In this document: positions 1 through 15,743 of the stretch, in pieces | Numbering within the stretch: position 1 is the stretch's first letter | How the letters are laid out: each line of letters begins with the position of its first letter | Origin: Fimbriosthenelais zetlandica | Lineage: Eukaryota | Length of the DNA stretch: 64,000 bases | Direction of reading: 5' to 3' | Assembly (NCBI GenBank): GCA_977030845.1 | Contig: OZ365112.1 | Coordinates: forward strand, 15,996,001 to 16,060,000 | Made by a program: the position numbers and the translations under genes | The notes under the pieces: generated by a model | Database searches by the model: none | Seen by the model: only the letters and a program-made list of their open reading frames with translations | What the model was told of the DNA's origin: nothing

Positions 1-3000
1 AGTGAACAAAAGCCTCTGATTTGTGGTGAAGCTCGAGGGCTGGCCTCTTGAAAGTTCTGATTCTGGATGTTACCCCTGATATAAAAATGATTTATCACTA
101 TGCACATAATCTGTTAAAATCTATTTGTTCACGTGCCTTAGCCCTGTCTCCAGCTTTAATCGAGTGAGTTTTCTCTCCCTCCCATCCACACCTGCCGAAT
201 CTGGCGATTATCTGTCGTGGGCGCGTGGTGGGTGTACCAATCCTTGCTTCTATAAAGCAGATGGCCCCTACTCCCCCTATATACATGATCACGCCAACAA
301 CAAGGCGCACATTTTTCTCTTCAGACCAAATTCTGCCGAGCAAATGGACCGGTTGTGTGTGCCCGGGTCCAGGTGGGAAGGGGGAGCTAATGGGGCGTCC
401 CTTCAAATCACCCACCTCTCTCACTATATAGCCGGAGTCGTGCGCTTCAAGGTAAACACTTGGGGGATGTGTACTCGTCATCAGAACCCTAGTCTCTGTC
501 ATTCTACCACAGGACAGGTGTTCAGTGTGGAGGCAGTGGTGGCCAGCTAAGCAGAAGGCCATCGGACTTCTTCTTCATCACCCCCTACTACCCACCCACT
601 TCCCTTCCACACACTTTTTTCACCCCCTCCCCTTAACCCTTATAGTTGGCTTTAGAAGGGTTAACCAGAATCTGACCCCCATAGGCACAGGTCTCTTTGT
701 GCGGTGGAATTCTGCCAGAAATGTTCTTGGAGTTCGCAAGTTCATTTGGTCTGAGATGTTGGAGGACAAATGAGCTGGGGTACCATCGTTGTTGTGTTAT
801 CTACTGCATAATCTTCACGATATTAACCATTCAAAACTCGTACAAGGGTGAATTTAGAATGGATATTTTAACATTAGTAGAGGCTATGTACCTTTACATG
901 TTACTGATCCGTACTTAGATGCAGTCTCCTCATTATTATAGAGACTTTGTTAGTGCATCCTTTTGTATATTGTTTTGTAACCAAAGCTGGCTATCTCCCT
1001 AAGAGGGCAGTGCCCCGTAAATGAATGTGCAATCAGGCAAAACCTTTTGATGAACACCCAAGACCCTCTGAAACAAGAGTGTTGGTTGCCAAGGAACATA
1101 GGAAAGGTTCATTATTTTCTTGTGTGGAAATGGAAATGGACCAAGATTCGTCATCTGACGTATTATATACATTTGCGACTCCAAATGGAGCTAGATGGGC
1201 ATTGTTTTCTTTCTGAAAAACACGCGGGGAGGGGTGTTTTTAGGTTGTTCGGTTTACCTGCTTCATATTTAAAGGCAATCTGAAGACAAATTGTTATATT
1301 GCCGAACTTTCAACCGAACCCTCCAAAATCTTTATAGCTATAGGCCTATAAATTAACCGAAATTATGCTGTTGTCTTCACTTATGTTCACAGCTCATAAA
1401 TCCTTTTTCATGTGAAACGGATTGCCACCTTTGGTGCATTGTTGATGGTTTGTCATAATTCCTATAAGGATGAACTGTCTGATTGTCTGTCTCGCTTACT
1501 AGTATTCTATCCTGTATTCTATCCTGAATGCTGACCAATGAAGGTGTCGGCTGAAACTATAAATATCTCGGGTAAGCTCTTGTCGACTAGGCCTATTTTT
1601 AACTCCTTTATTGTCTCTTCCATTTAAATAGCCCCAAACAATGCAGTCTGCCATCCTTGTGAGTGCGTCCTTGCAGGGAATGCATTTAAATGCTGACCAG
1701 TGAGCTTAATGGAAAGCTCTGACGTAACAACTCCAAACTTACATCCTTAATGGGCCCCAACAATAAATGCTATTTTAATTAGGTCAAGTGCGGAAAATAG
1801 GAAGATTTTCCTGGTCCCCTTAACTTGACTTTTATCCCACGGTGAATTTATTATTTGTCCAGGCTTACATAAAAGTTGAAACATTGGGCAAATACAATAA
1901 AGTTTATTGAAAGTATACCAATGATTTCTAAAATATGGATCTGTAATCATGACCATTTTGGCTATTTTTTTATTATGCAATATTATATATATTGTATTAG
2001 CCTGTCTACCGTATATTAAAGATCCTGTTTACCTTAATATGGATGGCCTACTGGACGAGATGCAGGACTATGGGTTGATCGTAAATATGACTCACAGAAT
2101 CGCAAATAGATATGTTAAATATATCTTACCCATACCTAGAATCCTGGCAATAGTTTATATAGCAATGCGAGGTCCATTTCAAATACATGTATACTGGCCC
2201 ATTTTGTATTATCTTATTTCATTCAAAAGGTCCTTACTTAAGTCTGTTTGTTCGCAAAACGTACCTTGGGGTTAGGTACATAAACTTAAAACAAAACAAT
2301 GCCTTCCTACTAGAAACTGTTTTGCTGGATTCCAAGATAAACCTTTCTGTTGCCTACCCAGGTTAGAAAACTGCAGTCGAAAGCTTTCTTTCAATGAAAG
2401 AAAATTCATTAGATATACATGCATTATTCTGCAACTGCGGTCCACTTGAATATATTAATGATATTAATTGTGTAATGGATTGTATAAATTTAAGTTTTTT
2501 CTCTTCCGATTCTTGAGAAAAGCATGGCAATGCCTGAAAAGACTGACCCGTGGCGTTGGGAGACAAAGAGATCGTGTATATGGCCAGGTGTTCCTAGCAC
2601 GAGGATTGCCCATGACCCACTTTTATCTGTGTGTTTTTCTTGATGCTGTAAAAACTGTCAACATAGACAGAGTGCTTTACTGCACAACCTTCTTCTGCCC
2701 ACTTTGAATGGCTGTCAGCAGAAAGTAAAACACCACCACCTTATCAATATAGAAAGCAAAGGCTGTCATCCTGTTATAGGCGTGAGTCAAGGTGCACTTT
2801 GCTGATCTACAGCAGGAAATACTTCAGTTTCTGTGGGTTTCCTTGTTCTATGTTCCTCATGGTTATGAAAAGAAATTGATAGTCATAAATGTCTAAATCA
2901 CACAATTCATCACGGATTGCATGAAGGTATAGGTCTGTATTCAGGAGGTATAACTTTACTTTTAAACATTCCCCCAGCTTCATGGTTCCGATTATTGCTA

Positions 3001-6000
3001 TATCATGAATCTCATGAGCCACTTCATATCAGATTTGCCGTAAGTGCATAAAGATTATGAGGTAGGCCATAACACACATGGCCTCCCACACACGTGGGTG
3101 TATGTGTAATCACTCCACTAAATGAAAATCAAAACAGTCCAATATGGGTCCTATGAATCACTATTCACTCAAGTTCCTGATCAGCAAGTGGCTGGTTGAA
3201 AGGCCTCTGTCTTTGCCCCTTCATAGTGCTGATCCTTTTCAGTGCATGTGCTATTGGCATATTATATAGGGAGGCTTGGCTGGTATCCAAACTAGCATTG
3301 TAATATCCTAAACTGATGTATGTATGTGCAATAACAAGCAGGTCACACACTCGATCTGAGAGGCCTTTGAGTAGATCCAACTTCTAGTGATTAGCTGAAA
3401 GGTGCAACAAGCTAATTACGCAATGCATCACCTACTCTTAACGGCTGATCGAAATGTACAGAACTGAATATAATGTTTATACTAATAGATTAATTGCCAT
3501 TTTCATGGTAAACTAAAAGAAACTTTAGAACAAGACGAAGGTTTTCTTACATTTTTTATAGGAGGGATCACGATTTGAAAAGCATTTCAAATTGTCGTGT
3601 CTTGTCTTGACTTTGAATCAGAAGAATGCCAAGGGCTGATGGCCAGGCTATTACACACGTGATTAGGTGGGCAGGAGCGGTGTGTATTGGGTCATCAGGC
3701 AGCCTCCAGGCACCCACTGGAGGAGTCCACTCGCGGTGCCTCCAGGCCACACCTGTCCAAAACTTACCTTGCCACCTCCAAACCCACACACGTCACAATG
3801 GACCCCCGCGTCTGAAAAGACCTCCTTCCTTACAAATAGTCCCAATCTCTTATTGCGCGTCTTTGATATGCTTTATAAATGATAATGGTCTTCTCAAACC
3901 GTCCACATTAACTCTTTGCTGCAGAGGCAAATTCCTTGTCAATGCTCCAATACTAAGGTAATCCTTCGAAATTGAAATTTAAAAAAAATGAAGTACGAAC
4001 ACGCGCCCGTGTCCATCATTTTGAAGGAAGATATATAATTATATGTTCTATTATTTCCCCATTTTGAAAAAAGTAAGTATAAATTTTGTGGAAAAAGAGT
4101 AGATGTGTCTGTTGCCTGAGGCTGGTGTAGTGTTTGTACCGCGGACGAGTTGTTACCTGTCTCTGTGCCGGGCCTCCAGGCTCGGGCTCTGGGACGTCAG
4201 GCCTGATCGGGCCTGTAGATAACTAAAGGCGGCCGACCAGGTAAAGCCTTTGATGTCTACCACTGATGTCCTCCTCCTCTATGCAGCTACCAATTCCTAC
4301 CCGAGTAATGGCAACTGTTAGGCTGAGTGGAATATCTACCACACAGATCCTTGTATAGTAACGTGTCATTAATCAGAGGTTGAGGCTTCATTGGTCACTT
4401 TGATTGATGTTCCTTTCGATCTTCAAAGAAAAGACATACTGAGGCATTTGTATCAGGCCTTAATTCACTGGCGCCCTAGACCGGCTTCTTATTTGGAGCT
4501 TCTTCCCTCCCTACATTTGTCATTGAATACAAATGTATTTATTCCTTGAGGTTTGAATGGCAGAGGGTTGACACAGCCATCATCTGTTACATCATCTCAT
4601 TTTACCTCTACGTTTTGTCCTCGGAATTTGGTCATTCAGTAATAGATAATTGAATTGGCCGTGAACAGTGCCATCACTGTTGCAATGGTATAAAAATTCC
4701 AAGATTATTATGGACTAGAGTTTTGAATTATAACAGTGTGATTGAAAAGGGACAGCTCAAAGTCACTCACTGAAATTTATAGCTCATCTGACAATAAGGA
4801 ATCACCTGAAATTTCCCTTCCAGGCTTATTGGAAAAGAATATCACCTAAACCCATCGCTTGAAGGGGACTGAAAAATATTATGGATTAGCTGTCAGCGAA
4901 GGTGCAATCGAGATGAAGGTATTTTATGGGAAAGAGGCAAAAATTTATGTCTAATCTGATTCGACTGATCCTCCTTGAACTTCATCATCCCTAAAATATC
5001 TCCTCCTCCTCCGGCTAAAAAATGAGTCAAAGGAGAAGGAGACCGGCCGAGGACCAGCGGCTATGTTTGCAATGTTTCATTATCACTGCAACATTAGTTC
5101 ATGACCTCACATATTGCTGTTACCCTAATCACGCAAAAGAAAATTATGTATGGCTTCAGACCGCCCATTCCCCATTAAAACACCCCTCAATGGAAGTTGT
5201 CTTCCTCCATTTCTTCACTGGCTTATATACAGGGATGGCCTCTCCAGGCTTGTCTGTCATATTGTGTCTCCTCAGGACATCATTATTAAGATCTATGTCC
5301 CCCTAAAAGTGCATGTACCTGTTATATGAAGGAGTGAGGGCCGCGGGAGGGGTGGGGTATTGGGAGAGGATGGATATATATACGACTAATAAGTATAGGT
5401 TTATGCCAGCTTAAGGCCTGGCAATAGGATGGTTCACGCTGGTACCATGGTGTTTTTCAAAGCCATGCATCAGTCTTCTTTTATCTCGCGATTCTTTTCA
5501 TTATGATTATCATTATTTTATTTAAAAACTCTTCTTGGCAGAAGTCACTTTCAAGTCCCTTACTGTGTGATTATGATTATCAAAGGTAAAATCAGCTCAT
5601 AAATTCTTGACGCAATATTAACTCCATGTGGTATGAAAATTGTTGAAATCTGCCAATTTTCGTACAACCCATGATTTCATTCCAAACCCTGGCCAAGTTT
5701 ATTCATTATGAGGTTAATAATTGGCTCTGATGAAATGAATCATGTACTTGCTAATTGTTAAAGCCCTTTGACATGCGTGTTCGGTGCATGTTGGCCTTGC
5801 TGCCTTGTTGGCCTATACATGTTTAATGTGAGTAATTATCCTCATTACACCCTGATCCCCTGCTTAGAACATTATCACAACCATACCTCATTTGCTTTTC
5901 CCATCAATCGCTGGCATTGGCAGGAACATATTGTTTTCATTGTCACCTCGCCTGTCTCTCATGAATAAGTGATTAAAGACCAGAAGCTGCCTATAGAAAT

Positions 6001-9000
6001 CTGGCCTGACTCCACCTCACCGTCAGTTGTTGCATGATGGTGGAGTCTGCACTGCTTATGCGAATTAAGTGGCACTTATGCTATAAATCCTTTGATTTCC
6101 GCTCTCATTATCTTTAATTTTAATTCTTCTGTAATGGGGATGATCTTCATTAATTTTCGGGTTAAAAATTATTAGGGGCCTGTATTTCAGAAATTTTAAA
6201 TACTTCTGGAATCACTAGAAGGGTTTGGGTATTATGTTACAGATTCGAAAATGTATTCCTATAGGTCGGAAATAAAACGGTTTACACATAGATTATGACA
6301 CTCTGGTTGTCCATCCCGTGCATACGTGATACTTGAATCCTTTGATTGGGATGTTAATGGATTTGTTATGATACCAGCACGCAGTGCATTGCTCTTATAG
6401 AGAGACAGTCTGCACGTGCACACGAGATGTCATCCCTCTGATGTGAGAGGCTGGTATGAATGGCTTATTATAGGCTACTGCTGAGCGTGTCCCGCTATGG
6501 CCAGGACCCAACATATGGAAGCACCCTCTACCTACCTATGTGATCATCCAGGTGTGTCCACCCCCGATCTCACCTTCTTCCATTATAGATGATCGCCCCT
6601 CCCTACACAGGAGGCCTCCCTGTAGAAGTGCTCCATCCCCCACCCCCCTTCCTCGCAACCATACACATTCTAACGTGGGCCTTATCTTCTCAAGCCAAAG
6701 CTTTGATGCCATATGCTCTAACGCTTTACCACAATGCTTCCTCTACTAGATAAAACAATACTGATCGTGTTTACCCCCGACTACAGGCCCTCAAACACGG
6801 GGCTCACACCCTCTTGTTATCTTTAATAAATGATCAAAGAGGTTCCTTGTTAATTGCCTCTTTATTAGCCCCCGCCCAAACATAACTTACCCTTAACAGA
6901 GATAAACACCCCTCCAACGCCCTACAAAATATACATGTGTCTACCTTTGCTGTTAGAAAACCTTTCATTTGAGGAATGAGGAAAATCCAATATGTCACAT
7001 AAAAATGAAGCAAAAGCATTTTAATTGCAAGCATTCGGTCATAAAATCTCACTACGAGTGAAAAGACCGAGTAAAGATAAATATCACTAAATATCTCTAG
7101 TCGAGAATGGCTATCTCATTACATTATGTATGTGCACTTATAAAACAAGGGTGTCTGTGACATAAGAGTTGGAGGTTTTCTTTACAATTTATAGATGCTG
7201 GGGGCATTGGTTTCCATGCTTCACCAGCTCCATTCATGTCAAATGATGCTCTAGAGACAGCCCATAAAGTTGGTATACCAAATTAGGGCTCTCCTCTTCA
7301 GACATCTGCAGTTGTTGCTTTAAGGAAAAAAAATGGGCTGCATCATTCAATGAATAACTAATGTGCCTATTATGAAACAAAATCATTTACAGGTGAATCA
7401 CAATGGCAGGTTTAGATATATACATCTTGGAAGAAGAGTCCATCCAACTGTCATAGACTTGGCACTCTTTTCACCCAACTATTTTCATCTATTTCATCTA
7501 ATTACGGCTTGGTGTGTGGGATAAAAGTAGGTTCCCATTGGTGACTGAGATAGAGAGATACTTTACAGTAATGTGCCCTCCGTTACTGTATAAGCATGTC
7601 ACGGTTTATGAATCTCTATATCCCTCCATCAAATAACCTCCAGGTCTCCAAACTTAATGAGAAGCCTTGTATAGTCGGAGGTCACAGTGGAAGAATGATC
7701 ACATAAAAAGACATTCTGTCACTGAAACGTAATGATGACAACTTTCACCATTCACCTCATTGAAACTAACCTCAAAGAAACAAATTTTAACCAATTAAAG
7801 GGAAACATTGCCCTCTCAAATGAAATTATGAACATTAAAGCATCTTTTGCCCCTTCCCCCGGTAACTGACATTATTTTCCCTCTGATTGAATTCCTTGAA
7901 TCCTATTGAGGATTCTTGTCATTGCTCTAAGTGGTGGTGACAGTAAATTACAGAGGCTCCTTTTTATCCCCAAATCGCCATTTATCAAACTTAACATGTG
8001 TAAAAAAAAGTGGTTATTGAGCAAGGGTGAAACTCAATGAATTTGCATTGAATTCTATACGGACATGACACTGATATATGTGGATGTACAATGTTAATCG
8101 TATCCCATAAGATTAACTGATTAATGCCCTATTGTGCGTGGAATGGACTAGAAAGGCTGCCCAGGTTACCCGCCAGTGCCATTCAGATGCAACAACCCTG
8201 TTGCGATTCTTAAAGCCTGACAATTGGCAGCACTTGGCATCAAGCTGGAGTTCAAAGGCGTTGTAAGCAGGCGGCGTGGTTCCTCACAAAGGGTGCCACA
8301 TCCATCAGGCTCTGCAATGACGTTACACATTCACCTCCCATTCACCACTCTCAAAACAATATTAATCCCCCAGACACTGCTACCTGCCATAAAGAAACAT
8401 CCCCATTTAAAACCATACCACTGCTTCTCCTCAGCTCTTTCTATAGATTGCTGTTTTCATCTGCTGAAGTGATCATCTTGGAATTGTCACCTTGTGACGG
8501 ATGTCGCAAACGGGCGGATCAATTACCTGAGTCCCTGGGACTTTCTCTTCCTTTGATGCTATCGCTGATAGATGGCGCAGCGGTGACCGTTGAGCCTGGT
8601 CCCTGCAAAGAATGTAGCAGTTGCATGTTTTACCACTACGTGACGTAGATACGAAATTGGAGAAGGGTAAAAAATGATATACCTTCACATTTATCAGAGT
8701 GGAGCGCTATAAACATTTGAACGTGTTGGGCCTCTTTTCATTTCGTTTTTTTTAATTTTTTTTAAAATTAAGGGAGAATACAGTCTATACGATCACTTTC
8801 CCGATGAAATTGTCTCGTGTGTTAGAATGAATTGAGGAATACAGGTGTAAGAGGGGGCATTAAAGCATGGAGGCAGTGAGGGCATTAAAGTCAAACTGCT
8901 TTCTGTATTTACAAGGGGAAAGGTCCAATAATCCAGGATGACCCGGCTAGTACCAATCGGCCAGTCAATTTTATTTATAACCCGGTCCTAAGAGTGGGCT

Positions 9001-9964
9001 TTAAATGGTTTAGGGGGTGAATAGGCCAGGGTGCCTTGTATTGTGTGCCGCTGGCACCCAGGGGACCGGGGTGACAGTGGCATTGGGAGGACTGTAGCTA
9101 CCTGGTCGTTCATCTGACAAAGAAACCGCCACTAAGGTCGTGGTCCTCGCTTTTGTGGGCTCAGCCTTTAACAGTAGAAGCTCGGAGTAGAGGCCAAAAC
9201 CAGACAGGCAGACTGAATGAAAACAGGGTCACTGAATCCAATATTCTGCACCCCAGCCGAGAAAGATATATATGCATAATTCAGGCTCAGATCTGGATGC
9301 AAGATCGAGAAAATAGTTAATGGAATTGGGCAAAATGGATACTTTGAGAATGCTGATAACTCTTGGCCAATTAATGGAAATATCTTCCTGAAAATTCATA
9401 TACAATTTCTTTTACAAATATTCTTAAATGTAACGTGAAAATTGAGGAATTTTTGGATAAATTCCGAACTGTGTATTTGCAATGAGCATGGGGATTAGTT
9501 CTGCTATTTCCCGTCATTTATTGACATTTTAATATTAGCATAATGTCATGTATTGACAGCTTTATATAAGTGTCAGATATAGATGCTATGTTGAGTCACA
9601 ACCTCTTTATTAGACAACAATGGAGGACTGACCAAAAGCGGCCTACCTCCTTCACCCGGAAGTTTACTTTCCTAGTGACCATGATGATTATCCTCTGATG
9701 TTACCATAGTTACAAAGACCCCGTGAATAGAACTGTCAACAGTTACCTCACTTTGTGTAATGACCATTGAAATCCACCTCCCGTGGGATAGTATTATGCA
9801 CTCACCCCTCGACCACCAAACCACCCCCTCCTACGGCCAGGTTAGGAATTACTGAATGTATACGACAGCTCACCCCCTACATTCCACTATACTGCAGAGA
9901 TCGCAGTTTCCAAGGTAACTGGGGTTACCTACAAAGTATGGGGTGGAAGGTGGGTGGGGTTGGA

Positions 9965-9978
9965 GGGGGGGGGGGGGG
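9965..9978 (+). repeat. Poly-G run (14 nt) within a G-rich tract
   Basis: Direct reading; further G-runs lie just upstream (ggggtggaaggtgggtgggg). Confidence 0.85.
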
Positions 9979-10451
9979 TGTGGTATACATCTGCTAAGAG
10001 GGGTGTGGTTGTGAAGATTAAGCACCCCTTTCCTTTTCGTGTGATGGAATTAGTCTTTACTTCTGGGGACAAGTAAAGTGGTCCAACTCCCTTCTAATTA
10101 GCGACAACTGTTACCCATTAGCTACATCATTTTTTATATCTTTATTTAGGACAGAACTAATTTCGGAGTGGAGGTTCTGTTTCAATCGGATCTCGCAATT
10201 AATTACAAAATGTTCTGTTAATTTTATTTTGATAATTTTCTTTCGATAATTAACCTTTTCATTTTATGATTGTTGTTTTTAAATGTTTTTCTTTGATACT
10301 TTAGATTTCTCTCAGTATTTTTAATATGTTACCTGACTAGAGGTGTATCCTTTGCTATTACATGAGGTACTACAGTATGTCATGTCTAGCTGTGTATGCC
10401 CCTGTAGTCGACCAGCCCCAACCCTAGAATACACACTACTTCCCCCTTTAT

Positions 10452-10465
10452 TCACCAGGTGGCAG
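10452..10465 (+). promoter_or_regulatory. CTCF-like site TCACCAGGTGGCAG
   Basis: 13/14 match to the CCRSYAGRKGGCRS core, about 7 kb upstream of exon 1a. Confidence 0.3.
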
Positions 10466-13400
10466 CAGTGAGTCAGAGAGCGGCCGCCCGTCCACCTTGG
10501 TGTTCGTGGCCAACCTGGCCAATGACCAAGGTACGTAATGTTCTGTATAGGCAAGCCTAAGTTCTCCCCAAGTCTCTATGCATGTCTAGAATTAAGATTC
10601 ACTCCTTCTATCCTTGCCACCTTTTGTCCTGTGATGTTTCCCTGGTGCGGTGGTATGTTCCCTGACTCTACTTGTACACTACACAAATGTCAGCATGAAA
10701 TGATCTTTATTTGTGAAACATTCTTTTATGTTGTATGCAACCCTTTTCCGTGTGGTCTTAGGATATTTTAGGTGATGTTTGTGGGTTTTAGGTATTGCAT
10801 GTTTATTCTCCAGTGACGGTTATGCACTCACTATATATGATCCGCATGATTCGTCAAGCTGGGCATTGATGTTCGGAAATTTGATGGTTGCCACTTTTTC
10901 ATATTGTTGATGGTAGAAATTTGTTCACTCTGGACATGCATCAATGAATGCCGCCTCAATTTAGAGGTACTTTTTATTTGTTTTTGAAGCTCACCACATA
11001 ATTAATGGATAGCCCGAAGACCTCGATAGGTAATAAATCTCGCTTCCTCTGACAGGAAAATCAAACGCTAGCTCTGGATTTTCCGGGAATTTACTCGTCG
11101 AGGATGATGCATATTTCATAACGGCCTGATTCCAAAGCCACTTGTGAAATGGATCGTGCATACCCCCAATTCCCTTAGACGCTTTGGCCATGATGGCTGG
11201 AGTGTACATACTATCAACCTGCATTATGAATGCTATCCCTCATGCAGCATGTAAAGGTTTATGATTTAAAGCCCCTTACCTTGGCTCTCTTTCAACATCT
11301 GACTCTATGCTACCCATACATGCATGCAAAGCTTTGAATTGTCTATGGGTTCATAGCAATTTTCCGCGAATATTTATAAATGTATTTCTAGTTTAATCTT
11401 ATTTTTAAAGGCCTTCCAAAGAGAGTATATTGGGGAATAATTTCAAATAATTGCCTAAGTACCGTGGCAAGGCCTAAGGGATGATAACTTACAAGATATA
11501 AGTGAGTGCAGCGGTTGCCTCCTTTTCTCCACCCATCTTAGCCATACATTATTTAAGTTTTTTCCATCCTACTTTCTCCCCTGAGCTCTGGAGGTGTTCT
11601 AGGGCGGCGAGGTGTGTTGTGTTAGTGGCGGGCATGGCTCTTAGGCACCAGGTGAAACATGGCGCTGGGGGTGGGAGCAGAGAAGTCCGCCCGATTACCT
11701 GTGTAGCCAAGCTGAGAGCCTGGGCGGGCGTGGAGGAGGAGGCTGGCCTGGTGCAGGCAATGACAGGGACTGACAGATCCTCAAAGAGAAAGTGTGCGAA
11801 AGGAGGAGTAATCTCTGAATTTTGAAGAACTGAATTGGAACAGGTGGAGAACTGAGAGAAGGAGATGCGGAGAGCAGAAGGAAAGTAAGAGTAGAGGAGA
11901 TAGGGGGAAGACAGGACTCGCTCCCATCTCTTTCTCCGTGCACCTGGTTCGGTGTAAGATGGGTGGAGCTCGTTTTACCCCCGGCCATAAATATGTTGAA
12001 ATATTTACCATCCCCTATGTACAATCTTGTTCATCAAGCCCACATGAAAAAATAAACCCCTACATTACACAGACGAGTAAAATAAACAACCCACATCTTT
12101 CCCCTCAATTGCGAAAAAGGGTGCAACATCAATAGATGTTAGATAAGGCCTTGTGAGATGTGTATGAATGTAGAAACATATAAATCAGCGTGATAAGAGA
12201 GGGTGGTGTAGAGAGCGGAAGAGCTGGAGTCTCTCAGGTGTAGATTACACTTTGTTCCGCGATAAGACTTGTCTTATTCGGCCTCAGTTCACTGGGCGCT
12301 TGGACGGGGGCGCTACCGTCGCACCCTTCCCTCTTCTCTCCCTCTGAAAGCCTCAACTGCAGCCTGTCGGAAAAATGAGTAACTCGCCGGCTAAATCTGT
12401 CGGCGGTAAAAGTGCCGTCCGAGCTGCTCGCCGTCGCCCAATAATGTAATTTCGCAGCTCACTGGGCTGTCACTAAAGTTTATCAAGTTGAAATATGAAG
12501 ACGTGATTCCTATTGAACTGGCTATGGCAATTAAATCCCCCCATCGCTCAGAGCACATGGAAGCACAATTAGCTGGCCCAGGATTCATTAGCTCGTTTTC
12601 TCTATGCTAATTGCATTCAGGAAATGAAAGCTGGAATTCATACTTCAGTCCAATTAAAAGATCCGGCAGCTGTTTTGCAATGTGTTAAAGCCAGTATCAT
12701 GGGAGATGTGGGTGTGAGGGGGAGATGGGTGGAAGAGAATGGGGAGGTGTGGGGTGTAATGGCATGAAAATATATACATTTGTGTTATCCATACTCCTCC
12801 GCGTTATCTCCAGCGGAGTTTCTGCGAGTATTAACACCTGGAACAGACTTCAGTTTATAAATCTGAATGTTATTCTCACATACTATTACCTATTTGTAAT
12901 GAATGATGGCCTTCTCATTATGAACCTGTTCTGAGGATGTTTCCTATACAGAAAGGCTGTGAAGTGCCCGCACCATCCCTGTATAATTTACAAGGGTCCC
13001 CGTGGACCCCCGTCCGCTAGAGACTGATTAGAAAATCGTCTTATATCAAAGGGTCGTGTATATACATTTTGAGAGGTACACAATACCAGCTTGCCTACCT
13101 AATGCATATCCCAAGTGTGCCAGCTCAACTCGTACATAGCTAATGGAACCATATGTAAATACAGAAAAGCCCATTAAAACGTGGCGCGGCGCGGGATGGG
13201 GTTACGGGCCACCGTAGCTGCATCATGATTAAACAAGTCCGTACCTCCTGGTCCTCCTCCTGTAACCGGAGACCACTTCTAACACGCCCGCCATCCCGCT
13301 GTCATTAAATCAAAAGGCCAATTAAGAAAATTAAGATAAGTGGTCAGCCTAAGTGTACATCGGGGATGTGGATCAACAGGGGGTGAGAAGATGTGGCCAG

Positions 13401-15688
13401 CAAGTTGCTTTACCCTCACAGCAGGTTGTCCTTGTTGGTTCTCTTGTGTAAGTTCAATGATTAAGAGATAGAGGCTGTTGTGAATTTATTGTCCATTATT
13501 GTTTGTGGTCGCCTCAATGTGGTTTATACTATGTACATACTGTCTGTAGCATGACTATACATTCGTTGGGAAGTGCTGGTATGCGTGGTATGTTTATCCA
13601 AGCAATTGGTATCGATCATTGTATAAAGAAATTTAATATATTAATCCGTATGTACCTCTGATGATCATACAATTCCCTGGTGTTCATTCTAATTTGATAT
13701 TTCTAATTCCATATCTCTATTCAGCTCTGCGTCCATTTTGTGAAGTCTGATATATGGAAACTTGGTGCAAGAGTTAAGAATGGTTTTCAAGTCAATATAT
13801 GGATGGAAATGTATCACTAACTGAGGAAAGTGATTAGCAGTGATTGGGTTTATCTGATACATGTGGGTGAGCAAATCTCTTCTACTGATGGTTTGTTTGT
13901 TAAGGGGTTTGCACCATGAGGGCGGCTATTTTGTTAAGCTGAGTTAATATTCACTATACTTGGTTTATGTCCCCATGCGGGTAGAAGCCTGGGGAAATCT
14001 TCTTCACACGGTTTTTTAAAGATCAGCCATTATTGTCTGCTTCATACTAAAAGATCAAAAACAAGTGCATTTCCAACAACCGGTTGAGGAATATCCAGTG
14101 TAATTTGCTTTTGAATAATTGCGGTCAATAGTAATTCTAAAGGTTGAAATTCATGACCCATGACAGTTGTTACTGCAGGTTATTTAATACCGCTCTAACA
14201 AAATTGGAGGGAAACAGAAATTGTCTGGGACCCTTTATTCCAACGACTCACTTTTTTATTCGGTCTGCAGTGAAAAAAGGACCATAAAAGCTGTATACAA
14301 CAGATGCCATTTGCTTCGAGATATCGAGTACGGAAGCTTTATGCCGATTGGTCCAATTTGTGGTATATATACAGCCAATGAGAGAGCCTGGTGGAGGGGT
14401 AGCAGGAGTCGGGTTCAGTGTTCCAGAGAGTGCCTCCATTCTCCTCTCGTCCAGCCCACTGCAAACAACAATAAAACCTACCCACCAATGATGTCTCTAT
14501 ACATGTACAATAGTCTGCTCTTTAGCTACAATTGCTATCCTATCTCTATACACCCCCTCTCTCTATACTTGATGCCAGCGTCCCACAATATAAGGCCCAG
14601 CCTTGTCACACTCCCACCAACTTTCCATTTCATCACAGCGCTGCCTACACTTGTTTTTAACGTTTTTGCGGCAATGTTTTTCCCTGCTTCCCAATCCTTA
14701 TTCAGATCTTAACATATATATTCCTTCCCATTGTCTGTTTTTTGGTTGACTTTTGTAACTTGTCTCAGATTTTCTAAGACTTCTTTGCTTGGGTTATTTT
14801 TCTTTTTCCCCTTCTCTAACTTGGGAAAATAAGCTTGAAACTCGATTCAAGTGCAGAGAGGTGTTAGATGCAACATGAGCAGTCGTTCATGAACAACGCC
14901 GTAATAATAAAAAGAACGTGTATACTTGGGTCTTTTTATCCGCCGGAGGGAAACCTTTCCTTCATCTTTATTCTTCATTGCATAAAGCTTTCCATGTTTC
15001 ATTGAATATATGCTATATTTGTGTTGGATTTATCTGCATGGAATGTATTTCACCCGCGTCCATATGGGCAGGTGTATACATGTAGATCCATCACCAGGAA
15101 TAGAGAGAGGGGGCTTATATAGCTGACATTGAGAGGGGCTGTGTCTGGTAGGAGTGGTACCGCCCTGGATGCTATATACTATAGTCACCTGGAGGAGGAG
15201 AGAGAATGAGTGGATGGTGGGAGGGATGGACTGGAGGAGGATGTTAACTGGGGGAAGCGAGTATGTATACAACTAACGTTAAGGACAGACCTGTACATAT
15301 CTGAGGAGCAGGAGGAGGTGCTGGCTACATGTTACACATGCCCCGCCGGCCACCAACCCTGGAGGAATCAGTCTACAAATCATACACAGGAGACGCGCGT
15401 CGATAATTTACAGTTGTGGACGGAATTCATACACTTGGCTAAACATCGGTTTAATCGGACGTCCAATTCATGGTTTGATCATTAGTCAATAGAGAGGTGC
15501 GTTCTACTCATGGTCAGACCCAGGAGGAGAACCCAGGAGGAGTGTTTTGGTCTCCAAGTGTTGACACTATACCAGGAGGAGTGGTGAGGACACGGTGAGG
15601 GGTACAAGAAAGTTACTGGAGCAACTGTTACAGAACCATACACTTACTACACATCTGGATCCCTCTCTCATGCAGACCTGGAGTCCAG

Positions 15689-15743
15689 CCTCTCTCCCCT
15701 CTCCTTCCTCTCTCTCCCTCTCCTCTCTCTTTCTCTCTCTCTC
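15689..15743 (+). repeat. CT-rich microsatellite-like polypyrimidine tract
   Basis: 55 nt of C/T only, with (CT)n runs, followed directly by AG. Confidence 0.85.
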
